Source of the DNA: Candidatus Multivoradales bacterium | GTDB lineage: Bacteria; Acidobacteriota; Thermoanaerobaculia; Multivoradales; JAHEKO01 | DNA: 64,000 nucleotides | NCBI GenBank assembly: GCA_965223155.1 | Contig: CBDCVR010000013.1 | Coordinates: 704,001 to 768,000, forward strand | Reading direction: 5' to 3' | Shown: piece by piece, positions 46,806 to 55,661 of the stretch | Position numbering within the stretch: position 1 is the stretch's first letter | How the letters are laid out: every line of letters starts with the position of its first letter | Notes under the pieces: generated by a model | The model's input: only the letters and a program-made list of their open reading frames with translations | What the model was told of the DNA's origin: nothing | Database searches by the model: none | Program-made: the position numbers and the translations under genes

Positions 46806-48368
46806 ATGCTCACCTGGATCGTGGCGGCCCTGACCGCCGTCGTCGTACTGACCGCGTTCTACGACCTGACCCAGAAGCGTCACGCCATCCTGCGCAATTT
46901 TCCGATCCTCGGACACTTCCGCTACTGGCTCGAAGCCATCGGCCCGGAGCTGCGTCAGTACATCGTCACTAGCAACGACGAGGAACGGCCCTTCAACCGG
47001 GACCAGAGACGCTGGGTCTACGCTTCGTCCAAGAAGCAGAACAACTACTTCGGCTTCGGCACCGACAACGACCTGGAACGCTCTTCCAACTACCTGATCG
47101 TCAAGCATTCTGCGTTTCCGCTGCCGTCCATCTTCCCGGGCCAAGACGGGTACGATCCTGCCCACCCGCTGCCGGCCGCCAAGGTCCTGGGAGCCGCCCG
47201 CGGCCGAGCCCGGGCCTTCCGTCCAGGCTCGGTGGTCAACATCTCGGGGATGAGCTTCGGCTCGCTGAGCGCCCCCGCGGTCGAGGCTCTCAACCGCGGC
47301 TCGGCCCTCGCCGGCTGCCTGCACAACACGGGCGAAGGCGGTGTCGCACCGCATCACCGCAAGGGCGGCGACCTCGTCTGGCAGATCGGCACCGGCTACT
47401 TCGGCTGCCGCGCGGCGGACGGCGGCTTCGACCGCTCGCGCTTCCTCGAAACCGTCGACAGCGCGCCGGTGCGCGCGATCGAGGTGAAGCTCAGCCAGGG
47501 GGCCAAGCCGGGCCTGGGAGGCGTCTTGCCCGCCGCCAAGGTCACCGCCGAGATCGCCGCCATCCGCGGCATCCCCGAAGGCAAGAGCTGTCTCAGCCCG
47601 TCCTACCACCAGGCCTTTTCGGGCGTGGACGGTCTGCTGGATTTCGTCGAGGATCTGGCCGAAGCAAGCGGCTTGCCGATCGGGATCAAGTCAGCGGTCG
47701 GCGATCTCGGCTTTTGGACCGAGCTCGCACACCGCAGTACAGCCACCGGCCGCGGAGTCGACTTCGTCTCCATCGACGGCGGCGAGGGGGGCACCGGCGC
47801 CGGACCGCTAGCGTTTACCGACCACGTTGCCCAGCCGTTCAAGATTGGCTTCGCTCAGGTCTACGCCATCTTCGTCGAACACGGCTTGCACGAGGGAACG
47901 GTCTTCGCCGGCTCCGGCAAGCTGGGCTTCCCCACCGACGCGCTACTGGCGTTCGCTCTGGGCTGCGACCTGGTCAACGTCGGCCGTGAGGCAATGATGG
48001 CGATCGGCTGCATCCAGGCCCAGCGCTGCCATTCCGGCCATTGCCCGACTGGTGTCGCAACCCAGAACCGATGGCTCATGCGCGGTCTCGACCCGACCTC
48101 GAAGGCCGCCCGCTTGGCCAACTACGTGGTCACTCTGCGCAAGGAGCTCAAGCAGCTCGCGCACGCCTGCGGCGTCGCCCATCCGAGTCTGGTCACCCTC
48201 GAGCACTTCGACGTCCTGGACGACCGCTACGGATTCCGGCCCGCCAGCGAGGTCTTCGGCTACGAAGCCCAAGCGTGCCTGCCCTGCGCCGAAGACCGCG
48301 CCCGAGTCGAAGAGCTCATGGCCGATGGCGGCCCGGCGGCGGCGAACTCGGCTCAGCCGCCGATATAG
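46806..48368 (+). CDS. FMN-binding glutamate synthase family protein
   Basis: SGMSFGSLS, NTGEGG, EVKLSQGAKPG, DGGEGGTGA, CIQAQRCHSGHCPTGV. Confidence 0.92.
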   Translation: MLTWIVAALTAVVVLTAFYDLTQKRHAILRNFPILGHFRYWLEAIGPELRQYIVTSNDEERPFNRDQRRWVYASSKKQNNYFGFGTDNDLERSSNYLIVKHSAFPLPSIFPGQDGYDPAHPLPAAKVLGAARGRARAFRPGSVVNISGMSFGSLSAPAVEALNRGSALAGCLHNTGEGGVAPHHRKGGDLVWQIGTGYFGCRAADGGFDRSRFLETVDSAPVRAIEVKLSQGAKPGLGGVLPAAKVTAEIAAIRGIPEGKSCLSPSYHQAFSGVDGLLDFVEDLAEASGLPIGIKSAVGDLGFWTELAHRSTATGRGVDFVSIDGGEGGTGAGPLAFTDHVAQPFKIGFAQVYAIFVEHGLHEGTVFAGSGKLGFPTDALLAFALGCDLVNVGREAMMAIGCIQAQRCHSGHCPTGVATQNRWLMRGLDPTSKAARLANYVVTLRKELKQLAHACGVAHPSLVTLEHFDVLDDRYGFRPASEVFGYEAQACLPCAEDRARVEELMADGGPAAANSAQPPI

Positions 48369-49357
48369 GACATCTCAACCCGCGGGCCGGGGCGAGACTT
48401 GAGGGAGCGAAGCTCCGAGTACCGATCCTCACGCTGGCGCCAGCGGCTCGCGATCAGCTCGCTGAGGTCGGACTCGCTGGCTCCCCCGCGTAGAGGCTCG
48501 CGTAGGTCGATACCTTCCCCGGCGAACAGACAGGTGAACAACCGGCCGTCGGTGGCCAGCCGGGCCCGCCGGCACTCGCCGCAGAAGGGAGCCGAGACCG
48601 AGGCGATCACCCCGATCTCGGTGCCGTCGTCAACGAATTGGTAGCGCCGCGCGACCTCGCCCGGATACCTGGGGGCGATCGGCTCGAGCTCCCCCAAGCC
48701 TCTGACGATGCCGAGGATTTTCTCGGCCGGGACCACCTCGCCCGGGCTCCAGGAGTTGGTGGTTCCGACGTCCATGAACTCGATGAAACGTACGACGGCG
48801 CCGGTACCCCGAAAGTGCCGCACGAGGTCCCTGACTGCCCCCTCGTTGACGCCTCGGCGAATCACGGCGTTGATCTTGACCGGTCCCAGGCCGGCCTCCT
48901 CGGCCGCCCGGATGCCTTCCAGGACACGCTCGACCGGCACCGTAGTGTCGCTCAGACGCCGGTGGACGTCATCGTCGAGGCTGTCCAGACTGACAGTCAC
49001 CCGATCCAAGCCGGCGGCCGCGAGAGCGGCGGCCTGGTCGGCCAGGAGCGCGCCATTGGTAGTCAGAGCCAGGTCCAGATCGCCGGGGGCGGCGAGCATT
49101 CCTACCAGCCGGTCGAGGTTGCGGCGCAGCAACGGCTCGCCACCCGTAATCCGCACCTTCACCACCCCGAGGGTCCGGAAAACGCCGACCAAGCGCGCGA
49201 TCTCCTCGAACGAGAGAATGTCGGCGCGCGGCAGATACGGGTAGTCCGGGCCGAAGACCTCCCGGGGCATGCAATAGGTACAGCGAAAGTTGCACCGATC
49301 CATCACCGAGACCCGTAGATCCCGAAGGGGGCGCAAGAATCGATCCCGAACCGTCAC
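48353..49357 (-). CDS. moaA: GTP 3',8-cyclase MoaA
   Basis: LRVSVMDRCNFRCTYC, TGGEPLLR, RFIEFMDVG, FCGECRRAR..TCLF, C-terminal MSYIGG. Confidence 0.96.
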   Translation of the reverse strand: MTVRDRFLRPLRDLRVSVMDRCNFRCTYCMPREVFGPDYPYLPRADILSFEEIARLVGVFRTLGVVKVRITGGEPLLRRNLDRLVGMLAAPGDLDLALTTNGALLADQAAALAAAGLDRVTVSLDSLDDDVHRRLSDTTVPVERVLEGIRAAEEAGLGPVKINAVIRRGVNEGAVRDLVRHFRGTGAVVRFIEFMDVGTTNSWSPGEVVPAEKILGIVRGLGELEPIAPRYPGEVARRYQFVDDGTEIGVIASVSAPFCGECRRARLATDGRLFTCLFAGEGIDLREPLRGGASESDLSELIASRWRQREDRYSELRSLKSRPGPRVEMSYIGG

Positions 49358-49399
49358 GTGACGATTCTACTCTCGCTCTCTGGTACCGTCGGCCCATCC

Positions 49400-51001
49400 A
49401 TGGAGTGGTTGTGGCGCAGAGGCGGCGGCAAGGCGGGAGCGTCCCGATTCGGGACCGCCGGCGCGGCGGCCGGCCTGCTAACCACCCTCGGGCTGACGGC
49501 GGGCGGATCGGCGCTGGCGGCCCAGCCAACATCTGCCGAAACGCCACCGCCCCCGACCGAGCGTTTCGGGGAGGCTATCGACGTCCGCATCATCAACCTG
49601 GAGGTCCAGGTACGCGACCGCGACGGCCGGCCCGTCGTCGGGCTTCCGGCCGACGCCTTCCGGGTGGCCGTTGGCGGTGTCGAGGTTCCGATCGCCCACT
49701 TCGAGGAGATAGCCGACCGCCGGCTGACCGATCCCCTCGGGCTGCGCGGCGAGCCGATCGAGGAGCTTCCGGACACCCGTTCTAGCTACCTTTTTTTTCT
49801 GGACGACGAGCTCAACCTCAAGACCCGGAGGGATTTCGTGCTGCGGTTCCTGCGCGGCGAGCTGGACCGGATCCAGCCCGGCGATCGGGCCGCCGTGGTC
49901 GCGTTCGACGGTCGCAAGCTGGAGGTCCTGACCCAGTGGACGGAGTCGATCGCCGAACTGGACGACACCCTGGCCCGGGCCATGACCCGGCCCGCGGACG
50001 GCATCGTGCATCTGGCGCGCCGTCGGATGCCAGGCTGGGTCGCCAACTGGGAGGGCAACGCCGCCCGGCGTAGTGTGCTGGCGGCAGCGTCCGCCCTGCA
50101 CTCACTGCCGGCGCCGCCCGGGCGTCGAGTCCTGGTCTTGGTGGCGGGCAGCTGGGACCCGATCGAGCTGTCCAGAGCCGACCGCTTCGCCTCCTGGTGC
50201 GTCGCCGACACCTGCGACGGCCTTCTGATTCTGCGGGTGCTGACCGACACCGCCAACCTGCTCGACTACTCGATCGTCGCCGTGGACGTGGAGGGCCGGG
50301 ACGTGGACCTCAACTGGGAGCGGGAAAAGCGGCTCCACGAGGTGCTGCGTTGGGTCGCCGGCGAGACCGGCGGCGAAGTGTTGTTGAACGGCAAGCGCAA
50401 GGCCATGCTCCAGCACGCCTCGCGCGCCGGCTTCAGCTATTACTCGCTCGCTGTCTATCCACCGCCCGAGGCCGGCCCCGATCGGCTCGCCGTCCAGGTC
50501 CTTGTGGACGGAGACCTCACCGCACACGCCCGTCGCACCTTCGTCAATCTCGAAGGCGAAAAGCAGGAAGAGCTGGAGGTGTTGAATCAGCTGCTCTTCC
50601 GCCATTCCGGCGAAGGCTCCTTCCCGCTCACGATCGGCCAGCCGGAGACCCGCCCGGCGGGCTGGGCTCACGTCCCGTTCTCGGTCGCGGTGCCGCTCGA
50701 CCGGCTCACCTGGCTCCCGGACGGCGACGAGTTCGTCGCCCGTTACGAGATCCAGGTCGCGACGCAGGACGGGCGCGACAACTCGAGCGAGGTCGAGCGC
50801 CATGCTTTCGAAGCCCGGCTGGACCGTCCGGCACGGCCCGGCGACTTCGACTTCCAGGATCTCGCGGTCTCGGTCCGCCGGCGCAAGCAAACGCTGTCGG
50901 TCGTGGTCCGCGACCGGCAGGGTGACGAGTCCCTTTCCGTCGTTCTGCCCTTCGAGCCGCGTCCCAAGCGCGCGGCTCGGGCGGCCGCCCGAGGCTCGTA
51001 G
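49400..51001 (+). CDS. Secreted VWA-domain protein (Acidobacteria-type)
   Basis: Signal; FGEAIDVRIINLEVQVRDRDGRPVVGL..F; FFLDD; VAFDG; PGRRVLVLV; AGETGG; YYSL. Confidence 0.8.
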   Translation: MEWLWRRGGGKAGASRFGTAGAAAGLLTTLGLTAGGSALAAQPTSAETPPPPTERFGEAIDVRIINLEVQVRDRDGRPVVGLPADAFRVAVGGVEVPIAHFEEIADRRLTDPLGLRGEPIEELPDTRSSYLFFLDDELNLKTRRDFVLRFLRGELDRIQPGDRAAVVAFDGRKLEVLTQWTESIAELDDTLARAMTRPADGIVHLARRRMPGWVANWEGNAARRSVLAAASALHSLPAPPGRRVLVLVAGSWDPIELSRADRFASWCVADTCDGLLILRVLTDTANLLDYSIVAVDVEGRDVDLNWEREKRLHEVLRWVAGETGGEVLLNGKRKAMLQHASRAGFSYYSLAVYPPPEAGPDRLAVQVLVDGDLTAHARRTFVNLEGEKQEELEVLNQLLFRHSGEGSFPLTIGQPETRPAGWAHVPFSVAVPLDRLTWLPDGDEFVARYEIQVATQDGRDNSSEVERHAFEARLDRPARPGDFDFQDLAVSVRRRKQTLSVVVRDRQGDESLSVVLPFEPRPKRAARAAARGS

Positions 51002-51109
51002 CAAGGCTCTCGCCGGTGGTCCATCGGTGGCTCCGAACCGCTGCTCAGGACGACGATCTGCAATCCGGTCCCGAGTACCGTCCGTACCACCTCCCGAGGA
51101 ACCGAGACC

Positions 51110-52144
51110 ATGGACAGCAATTCCGTCTTGCCGACCCTGACCGTCGCCGGCATCGCCGCCATCACCGCCACTGCCGGACCCTCGGCGGCCGCCGAGACGC
51201 CGCCTCCGGGCGTCGAGCAGCTCCTGCCGCGAGGACGAATCGCGGCGATCTTCGCCCCTCAGTTCGTTGCCGCGAGCGAGGCCGTCATCTCCGACGACGC
51301 CTGGATCCTGGGAGTCGCGCTGGACGGCGAGGCCAGAGCCTACAGCCTCAACCTCCTGAACCGGCACGAGGTCGTCAACGACACCATCGGTGACAGGAAC
51401 TTCGCCGCCGTCTGGTGACCCCTCGCCAACACGGCCGTCGTGTACGACCGCGATGTCTCCAGTAACGAGACCGGCTCCGAGGCGGCCGCGGACGCCGCCA
51501 GAGTCCTGAACTTCGAAGCGTCCGGAGCGCTCAAGCAGGCCTCGCTCATCATGCGCGACCGCGAGACCGACAGCTGGTGGTCGATCATGACTTCGGAGGC
51601 GATCGGGGGCGAGCTCGCGGGCACCGAACTGGTCGAGCTTCCGGTGAGCGAGAAGACCACCTGGGGCGATTGGGTGGAGCGCCATCCGAACACTTTGGTG
51701 CTGTCCGTGGACGGCCGCGAGCACGTCGACGTCAACCCGTACGACAACTACTTCGCGTCGTCCGGAACCTTCCGCGATCTGCAGATCAAAGACGATCGAC
51801 TGCCCCCCAAGGAACCGATCTTCGCCGTCTGGGGCGCGGACTTCGGGCTCGGCGGCACCACCTTCGTGGTCCCGCATGCGGTGGCGAGCGGCGGCGCCGT
51901 GCTGCCGGTGCCCGGCCTGACCGATGCCGTCCTGGTCGTCCAGAGGCAGGCGAGCGCTCCGCTTTTCGCGTCGACTGCGGCCTGGCTGGTGCCTCGGGAG
52001 ACGGCCGCCGGGCGGACCGCAGGCGAGCTGGCCGAGGGCCTCGGCTCCGGCGATCTCTCCGCTCCCCCGGTGACCGGCATCGACACCTTTTGGTACAACT
52101 GGATCGCGGTCAACGAAGGCGCCGTGATCCTGGGCCGGGACTGA
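51110..52144 (+). CDS. DUF3179-type probable selenoprotein (in-frame UGA at 51416-51418; 344 aa by read-through)
   Basis: The two ORF-track pieces are in the same frame. ARAYSLNLLNRHEVVNDTIG..VW*PLANTAVVYDR..SGAL..LIMRDRETDSWWS..TTWGDWVERHPNT..FWYNW; the stop sits at the first Cys of the family CPLC motif. Confidence 0.8.
51419..51460 (+). promoter_or_regulatory. Candidate bacterial SECIS hairpin
   Basis: UGA-CCCCUCGCCAACACGGCC-GUCG-UGUA-CGAC-CGCGAUGU: apical stem GUCG/CGAC with a G-containing loop ~22 nt after UGA; imperfect lower stem. Confidence 0.5.
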
Positions 52145-52162
52145 CCCGAACGGCAGTCGAGC

Positions 52163-53080
52163 TCAGCGCGGCGGGCGGCGCCGGCCCAGGCCGACCCGCA
52201 AACCTTGGAGACGCATATACGCCTTGAGATGGGCCAGGGCCCGGGCGCTCTCGCCCTCGTCTTCGAGCAGCACCGCCAGATTGAAATGGGCGTCGGCCAT
52301 GGCCGGATCCGACTCGAGGGCGCTCCGGTAGCAACTCGCGGCCCGGTCCCGTTCGTCTCGATCCTGGAGCGAGACCCCCAGGTTGAACGCGGCGGTGGCG
52401 TCCTCGGGCCGCCCCGCGAGAGCGGCCTCGTAGTGCTCCGCGGCCCGGCCCGGATCGCCGCCGAGGTGCAGCAGGCGGCCCAGATTCAGATGGGCGTCGG
52501 CGTGCGCCGGATCTAGATTCAAGGCCTTCCGGTAAGCGCCTTCCGCCTCCGCGATCGAGCTGGCTTCGAGTTCGAAACCGAGCTCATACCAGTCTTCGGC
52601 GCCTAGAGCCTCGGGCGGTCCGGCGCGCTCGACCAGCCGTGGGGCCAGGGGCTCCGCTCGCGCTGCTAGCTCGGCGACGTCGAACGTCAACAGACGCTGG
52701 CCCGACTCCGCCTCCCAGGCTTGCCCGCACGCACGCACGATGAAGCGCGAGCCCTCGAAGGTCACGCTCAGCTCGGCCAGTGAGCGCCCTCGCGGCAGAT
52801 CCTCCCGCAGCTCTCGGAGCACTCGGCGTAGTCGCCTGCTGGGAACCCCGTCGTCGGCCAGCGCCAGCGCCGCACGCAGGACGACGAGGTCCTGAAACCG
52901 GAAGCGATACTCGCGCCGCGGACCTCGCCCGGGCTCGAGAAAGCCGGAGCGCACGAACGAGCGCACCCGCTCGCCGTTGGTTCTCAGGAGCCGGGCGACC
53001 TCTCCGGTCGTGTATCCCAGAACAGACGCGGGGCGGGACAAGGTCTCTCGAAATGGCAGCTGGGGCTGCGGGGAGAGCAC
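52163..53080 (-). CDS. MerR-type HTH plus TPR protein
   Basis: YTTGEVARLL..GFLEP..YRFRFQDLVVLR; WEAESGQRLLTF; TPRs (ADAHLNLGRLL, AAFNLGVSL, ADAHFNLAVLL); GTG 1 nt after the ku stop. Confidence 0.85.
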   Translation of the reverse strand: MLSPQPQLPFRETLSRPASVLGYTTGEVARLLRTNGERVRSFVRSGFLEPGRGPRREYRFRFQDLVVLRAALALADDGVPSRRLRRVLRELREDLPRGRSLAELSVTFEGSRFIVRACGQAWEAESGQRLLTFDVAELAARAEPLAPRLVERAGPPEALGAEDWYELGFELEASSIAEAEGAYRKALNLDPAHADAHLNLGRLLHLGGDPGRAAEHYEAALAGRPEDATAAFNLGVSLQDRDERDRAASCYRSALESDPAMADAHFNLAVLLEDEGESARALAHLKAYMRLQGLRVGLGRRRPPR

Positions 53081-53081
53081 G

Positions 53082-53933
53082 CTACTTCGCCCGGGCCGCC
53101 TTCTTCTTGGTCTTGCGCGCGGCCGGCTTGCGCTTCGAGCGCTTCGGCGGCTTGCGGCCGTCCTCTTCACCCAGGCTCGCCTTGAGCGCCTCCATCAGGT
53201 CAATGATCTGCGCCTTAGGCGCCTCCTGCGGAGCCGCCACGATCTCTTCGCCGCCAATCTTCTTTTCGATCAGCTCCCAGACCTGATTGCGGGCCTCGTC
53301 CTCATACTGCTCGGGCTTGAATTCGTCGCTCGCGCTCTGCTCGACGATCTGGCGAGCCAGCTCCAGCTCGGCATCCGCCACCTCGGCATCTTCGATGGGC
53401 ACTTCGCCGAAGTCCCGCAGGTCCACCGCATAGCGAAGCTGCTGCATGATGAGGCCGTTTTGAAACGGACGCAGGAGCACGATGTAGTTCTTTCCGCGAG
53501 CGGCGTACTTGGCAAGAGCAGCCCGGCCGGTCTCGGTCAGCGCCGCCGTTAACAGCTTGTAGGGCTTGGCCCCGGCCTTGCCGGGTCCCAGGTAGTAGGC
53601 CTTCTCGAAGTAGAGCGGGTCCACCTGGTCGATCGGCACGAACTCCTGGATCTCGATGGCGTTGGTCGGTTCGGGATCCAGAGCCTTCAGCTCGTCGGGC
53701 GAGAACAAGACGAACTGCCCTTTCGAGAACTCGTAGCCCTTGGTGATGTCGTCGCGCTCGATCAGCTTGTCGTCGGTCGGACAGTAGTAGCGGTACTTGA
53801 CGCGCGAGCCACACTCCTTGTGCACCATCGAAAAGCTCACCCGTTTCTGGGTTTCGCCGCTCGAGTAGATGTGGACGGGTATCGCTACGAGACCGAACGA
53901 GATCGTGCCGGAGGCCATGGATCGTGCTGCCAT
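53082..53933 (-). CDS. ku: Ku protein (NHEJ)
   Basis: SGTISFGLVAIPV, KGYEFSKGQFV, IEIQEFV, YFEKAYYLGP, IIDLMEALKASL, basic tail. Confidence 0.96.
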   Translation of the reverse strand: MAARSMASGTISFGLVAIPVHIYSSGETQKRVSFSMVHKECGSRVKYRYYCPTDDKLIERDDITKGYEFSKGQFVLFSPDELKALDPEPTNAIEIQEFVPIDQVDPLYFEKAYYLGPGKAGAKPYKLLTAALTETGRAALAKYAARGKNYIVLLRPFQNGLIMQQLRYAVDLRDFGEVPIEDAEVADAELELARQIVEQSASDEFKPEQYEDEARNQVWELIEKKIGGEEIVAAPQEAPKAQIIDLMEALKASLGEEDGRKPPKRSKRKPAARKTKKKAARAK

Positions 53934-53985
53934 AATGCTGGCAGGCTACCACAAGTCCCCATGAACAAAGGACTTTGCCCGCTCG

Positions 53986-55545
53986 TCAACGCTTCTTGGA
54001 GCTCAGGGCGCGGAGCGCGTCGATGGGCCGTCGATCGGGCGCCATCAGTTTCACCGACCGCCGCAGCGAGGCTTCGGCGAGCTCCCGGTCGCCGGCGGCC
54101 GCCAGAACCTGCCCCAGGTAGTAGTGAGCGAGACCGCAACCCGGATCGATGCGAACCGCTTCCTCGAGGTCGCCGATCGCCTGACTCCGGTGCCGGGGCG
54201 GGTCGAAGCGGTCCCGCTGAAAGGCCAGTTCGGCCCGGTAGAGGGCGTTTTGAGGATCGCAGTCGGCCGCGAACGCCAGAAACTCCAGCGCCTTGCCGGG
54301 CTCGCCGGCCTCGACCAGGGCCCTGCCTTTCCGGAACTGGGCTTCCGAGTCCAAGAGGTCGGTCTCGATCTTGAACTCGGCCTGGCGCCTCTTGGCCCGC
54401 TCATCTCGCAGCACCTTGCGCCGGTGGATGAGGGCGTTGCGGGTCTCGCTCACGGCCAGCTCGGCGTACGCCCGGGCCGAGTGCAAAATCAGCAGGCGCG
54501 CCTGCTCGACGAAGTCCGCGGCGCCGCCCCGCTCCAGGGCCCAGGGCGCGTAGGTTCGGGCGGCTTCCAGATAGGCGTTCTCGATCTCGTTCGGAGTCGC
54601 CCCTTCCTCGAGTCCCAAGAACTCGAACGAATCGCGGCGCTTGAAGGACAGGAAGGCCTCGACGATCTTGCTCTGGCGCAACAAGAGATCTTCGTCCGGC
54701 GGCTCGGCCGCCGGAGCCGGCTCCGGCCCAGGTCGATCCCGCTCGGGTCGATCCCGCTCGGGTGATTCCGGCGCTGGACTCACCCTCGTCGCTGCAGCAT
54801 CGGCCCCAACGGTCTCCAGCAAGCCCACCAGGACCAAACCGTACAGCCGGCGGTAACGCTCTCCGGTGGTGCCAGAGAGAACCCGGACCAGCTCGGCGCC
54901 GCTGGCCGGCCCCGAAGTGAGAGCCCCCGACACCGTCTCCCAGCCCGAGCCCTCGGGCAGCGGCTTGCCGGCGAGAAGGGACTCGGTGCCGGGCGCGAAC
55001 CGGGCCGCGTCGAGCTCCTCGCGCACGGCGAGGATCTCGGCCCGCGGAGTCAGCTTGAGGACGCCGGTGAGGATGAGCCGAGCCACGTTCACCCGCACCA
55101 CGCCCTCGGCACCGGCCTTAGTCTCGACCAGGTCGTACTGGCCCCGATTCCAACCGAAACCGTCCAGGAGACGCCGGCCGAGGCTCTGCTGAAGACGATT
55201 GTAGACCCCCTGGGGCGTCATCAAACCGCGTTCGATCAGGATCTCGCCAAGCGGCACTTCCCGCTTCAAGGAGTCCGAAAGCGCCGCGTTGAAGTCCTCC
55301 TGGCCGATGACGCCGGCACTCAGCAAGAACCTGCCGAACGTCTCATGCGCGAGATTCGACCGGCAGCTCGTGGGGACGCCCTCGACCACGCCGATTTGCT
55401 TCGCGACGGGCGGCCGGTCCAGGCGGATCTCGAGGCTTCGCTTGGCCCGTGCCAGCGCGGCCAAGAGCAGCGCATACGACGTTTCTCCGAGATCTCCTGA
55501 GGGGCGCCGCGCCAACTCCTGCCACTGCTCCTGGGTGGGTATCAC
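53986..55545 (-). CDS. DUF4388-like + degenerate J-domain + TPR protein
   Basis: GDLGETSYALLL..SNLAHETFGRFLL..PLGEILIERG..FGWNRGQY; J-like FEFLGL..EIENAY..ARTYAPW; TPRs; GGAGG RBS before GTG. Confidence 0.8.
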   Translation of the reverse strand: MIPTQEQWQELARRPSGDLGETSYALLLAALARAKRSLEIRLDRPPVAKQIGVVEGVPTSCRSNLAHETFGRFLLSAGVIGQEDFNAALSDSLKREVPLGEILIERGLMTPQGVYNRLQQSLGRRLLDGFGWNRGQYDLVETKAGAEGVVRVNVARLILTGVLKLTPRAEILAVREELDAARFAPGTESLLAGKPLPEGSGWETVSGALTSGPASGAELVRVLSGTTGERYRRLYGLVLVGLLETVGADAAATRVSPAPESPERDRPERDRPGPEPAPAAEPPDEDLLLRQSKIVEAFLSFKRRDSFEFLGLEEGATPNEIENAYLEAARTYAPWALERGGAADFVEQARLLILHSARAYAELAVSETRNALIHRRKVLRDERAKRRQAEFKIETDLLDSEAQFRKGRALVEAGEPGKALEFLAFAADCDPQNALYRAELAFQRDRFDPPRHRSQAIGDLEEAVRIDPGCGLAHYYLGQVLAAAGDRELAEASLRRSVKLMAPDRRPIDALRALSSKKR

Positions 55546-55661
55546 GGCATCCTCCGTCGGTTCGGCGTCCCTGCCGCGGCATTCTACCGGGCACAACGGC
55601 CGAAATCGCGCCGGCACGGCGCCCGGTCCAGCCCTTGGCCGGCCGGTAAGATCCTCCAACG

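Noticed and set aside
48353-48368. 16-bp 3' overlap of moaA and the glutamate-synthase-like gene
   Set aside because: Short convergent overlaps are common in compact high-GC genomes.
51416-51418. UGA reassigned to Trp/Gly (alternative genetic code)
   Set aside because: Many neighbouring genes end in TGA with coupled downstream starts, and TGG is used for Trp.
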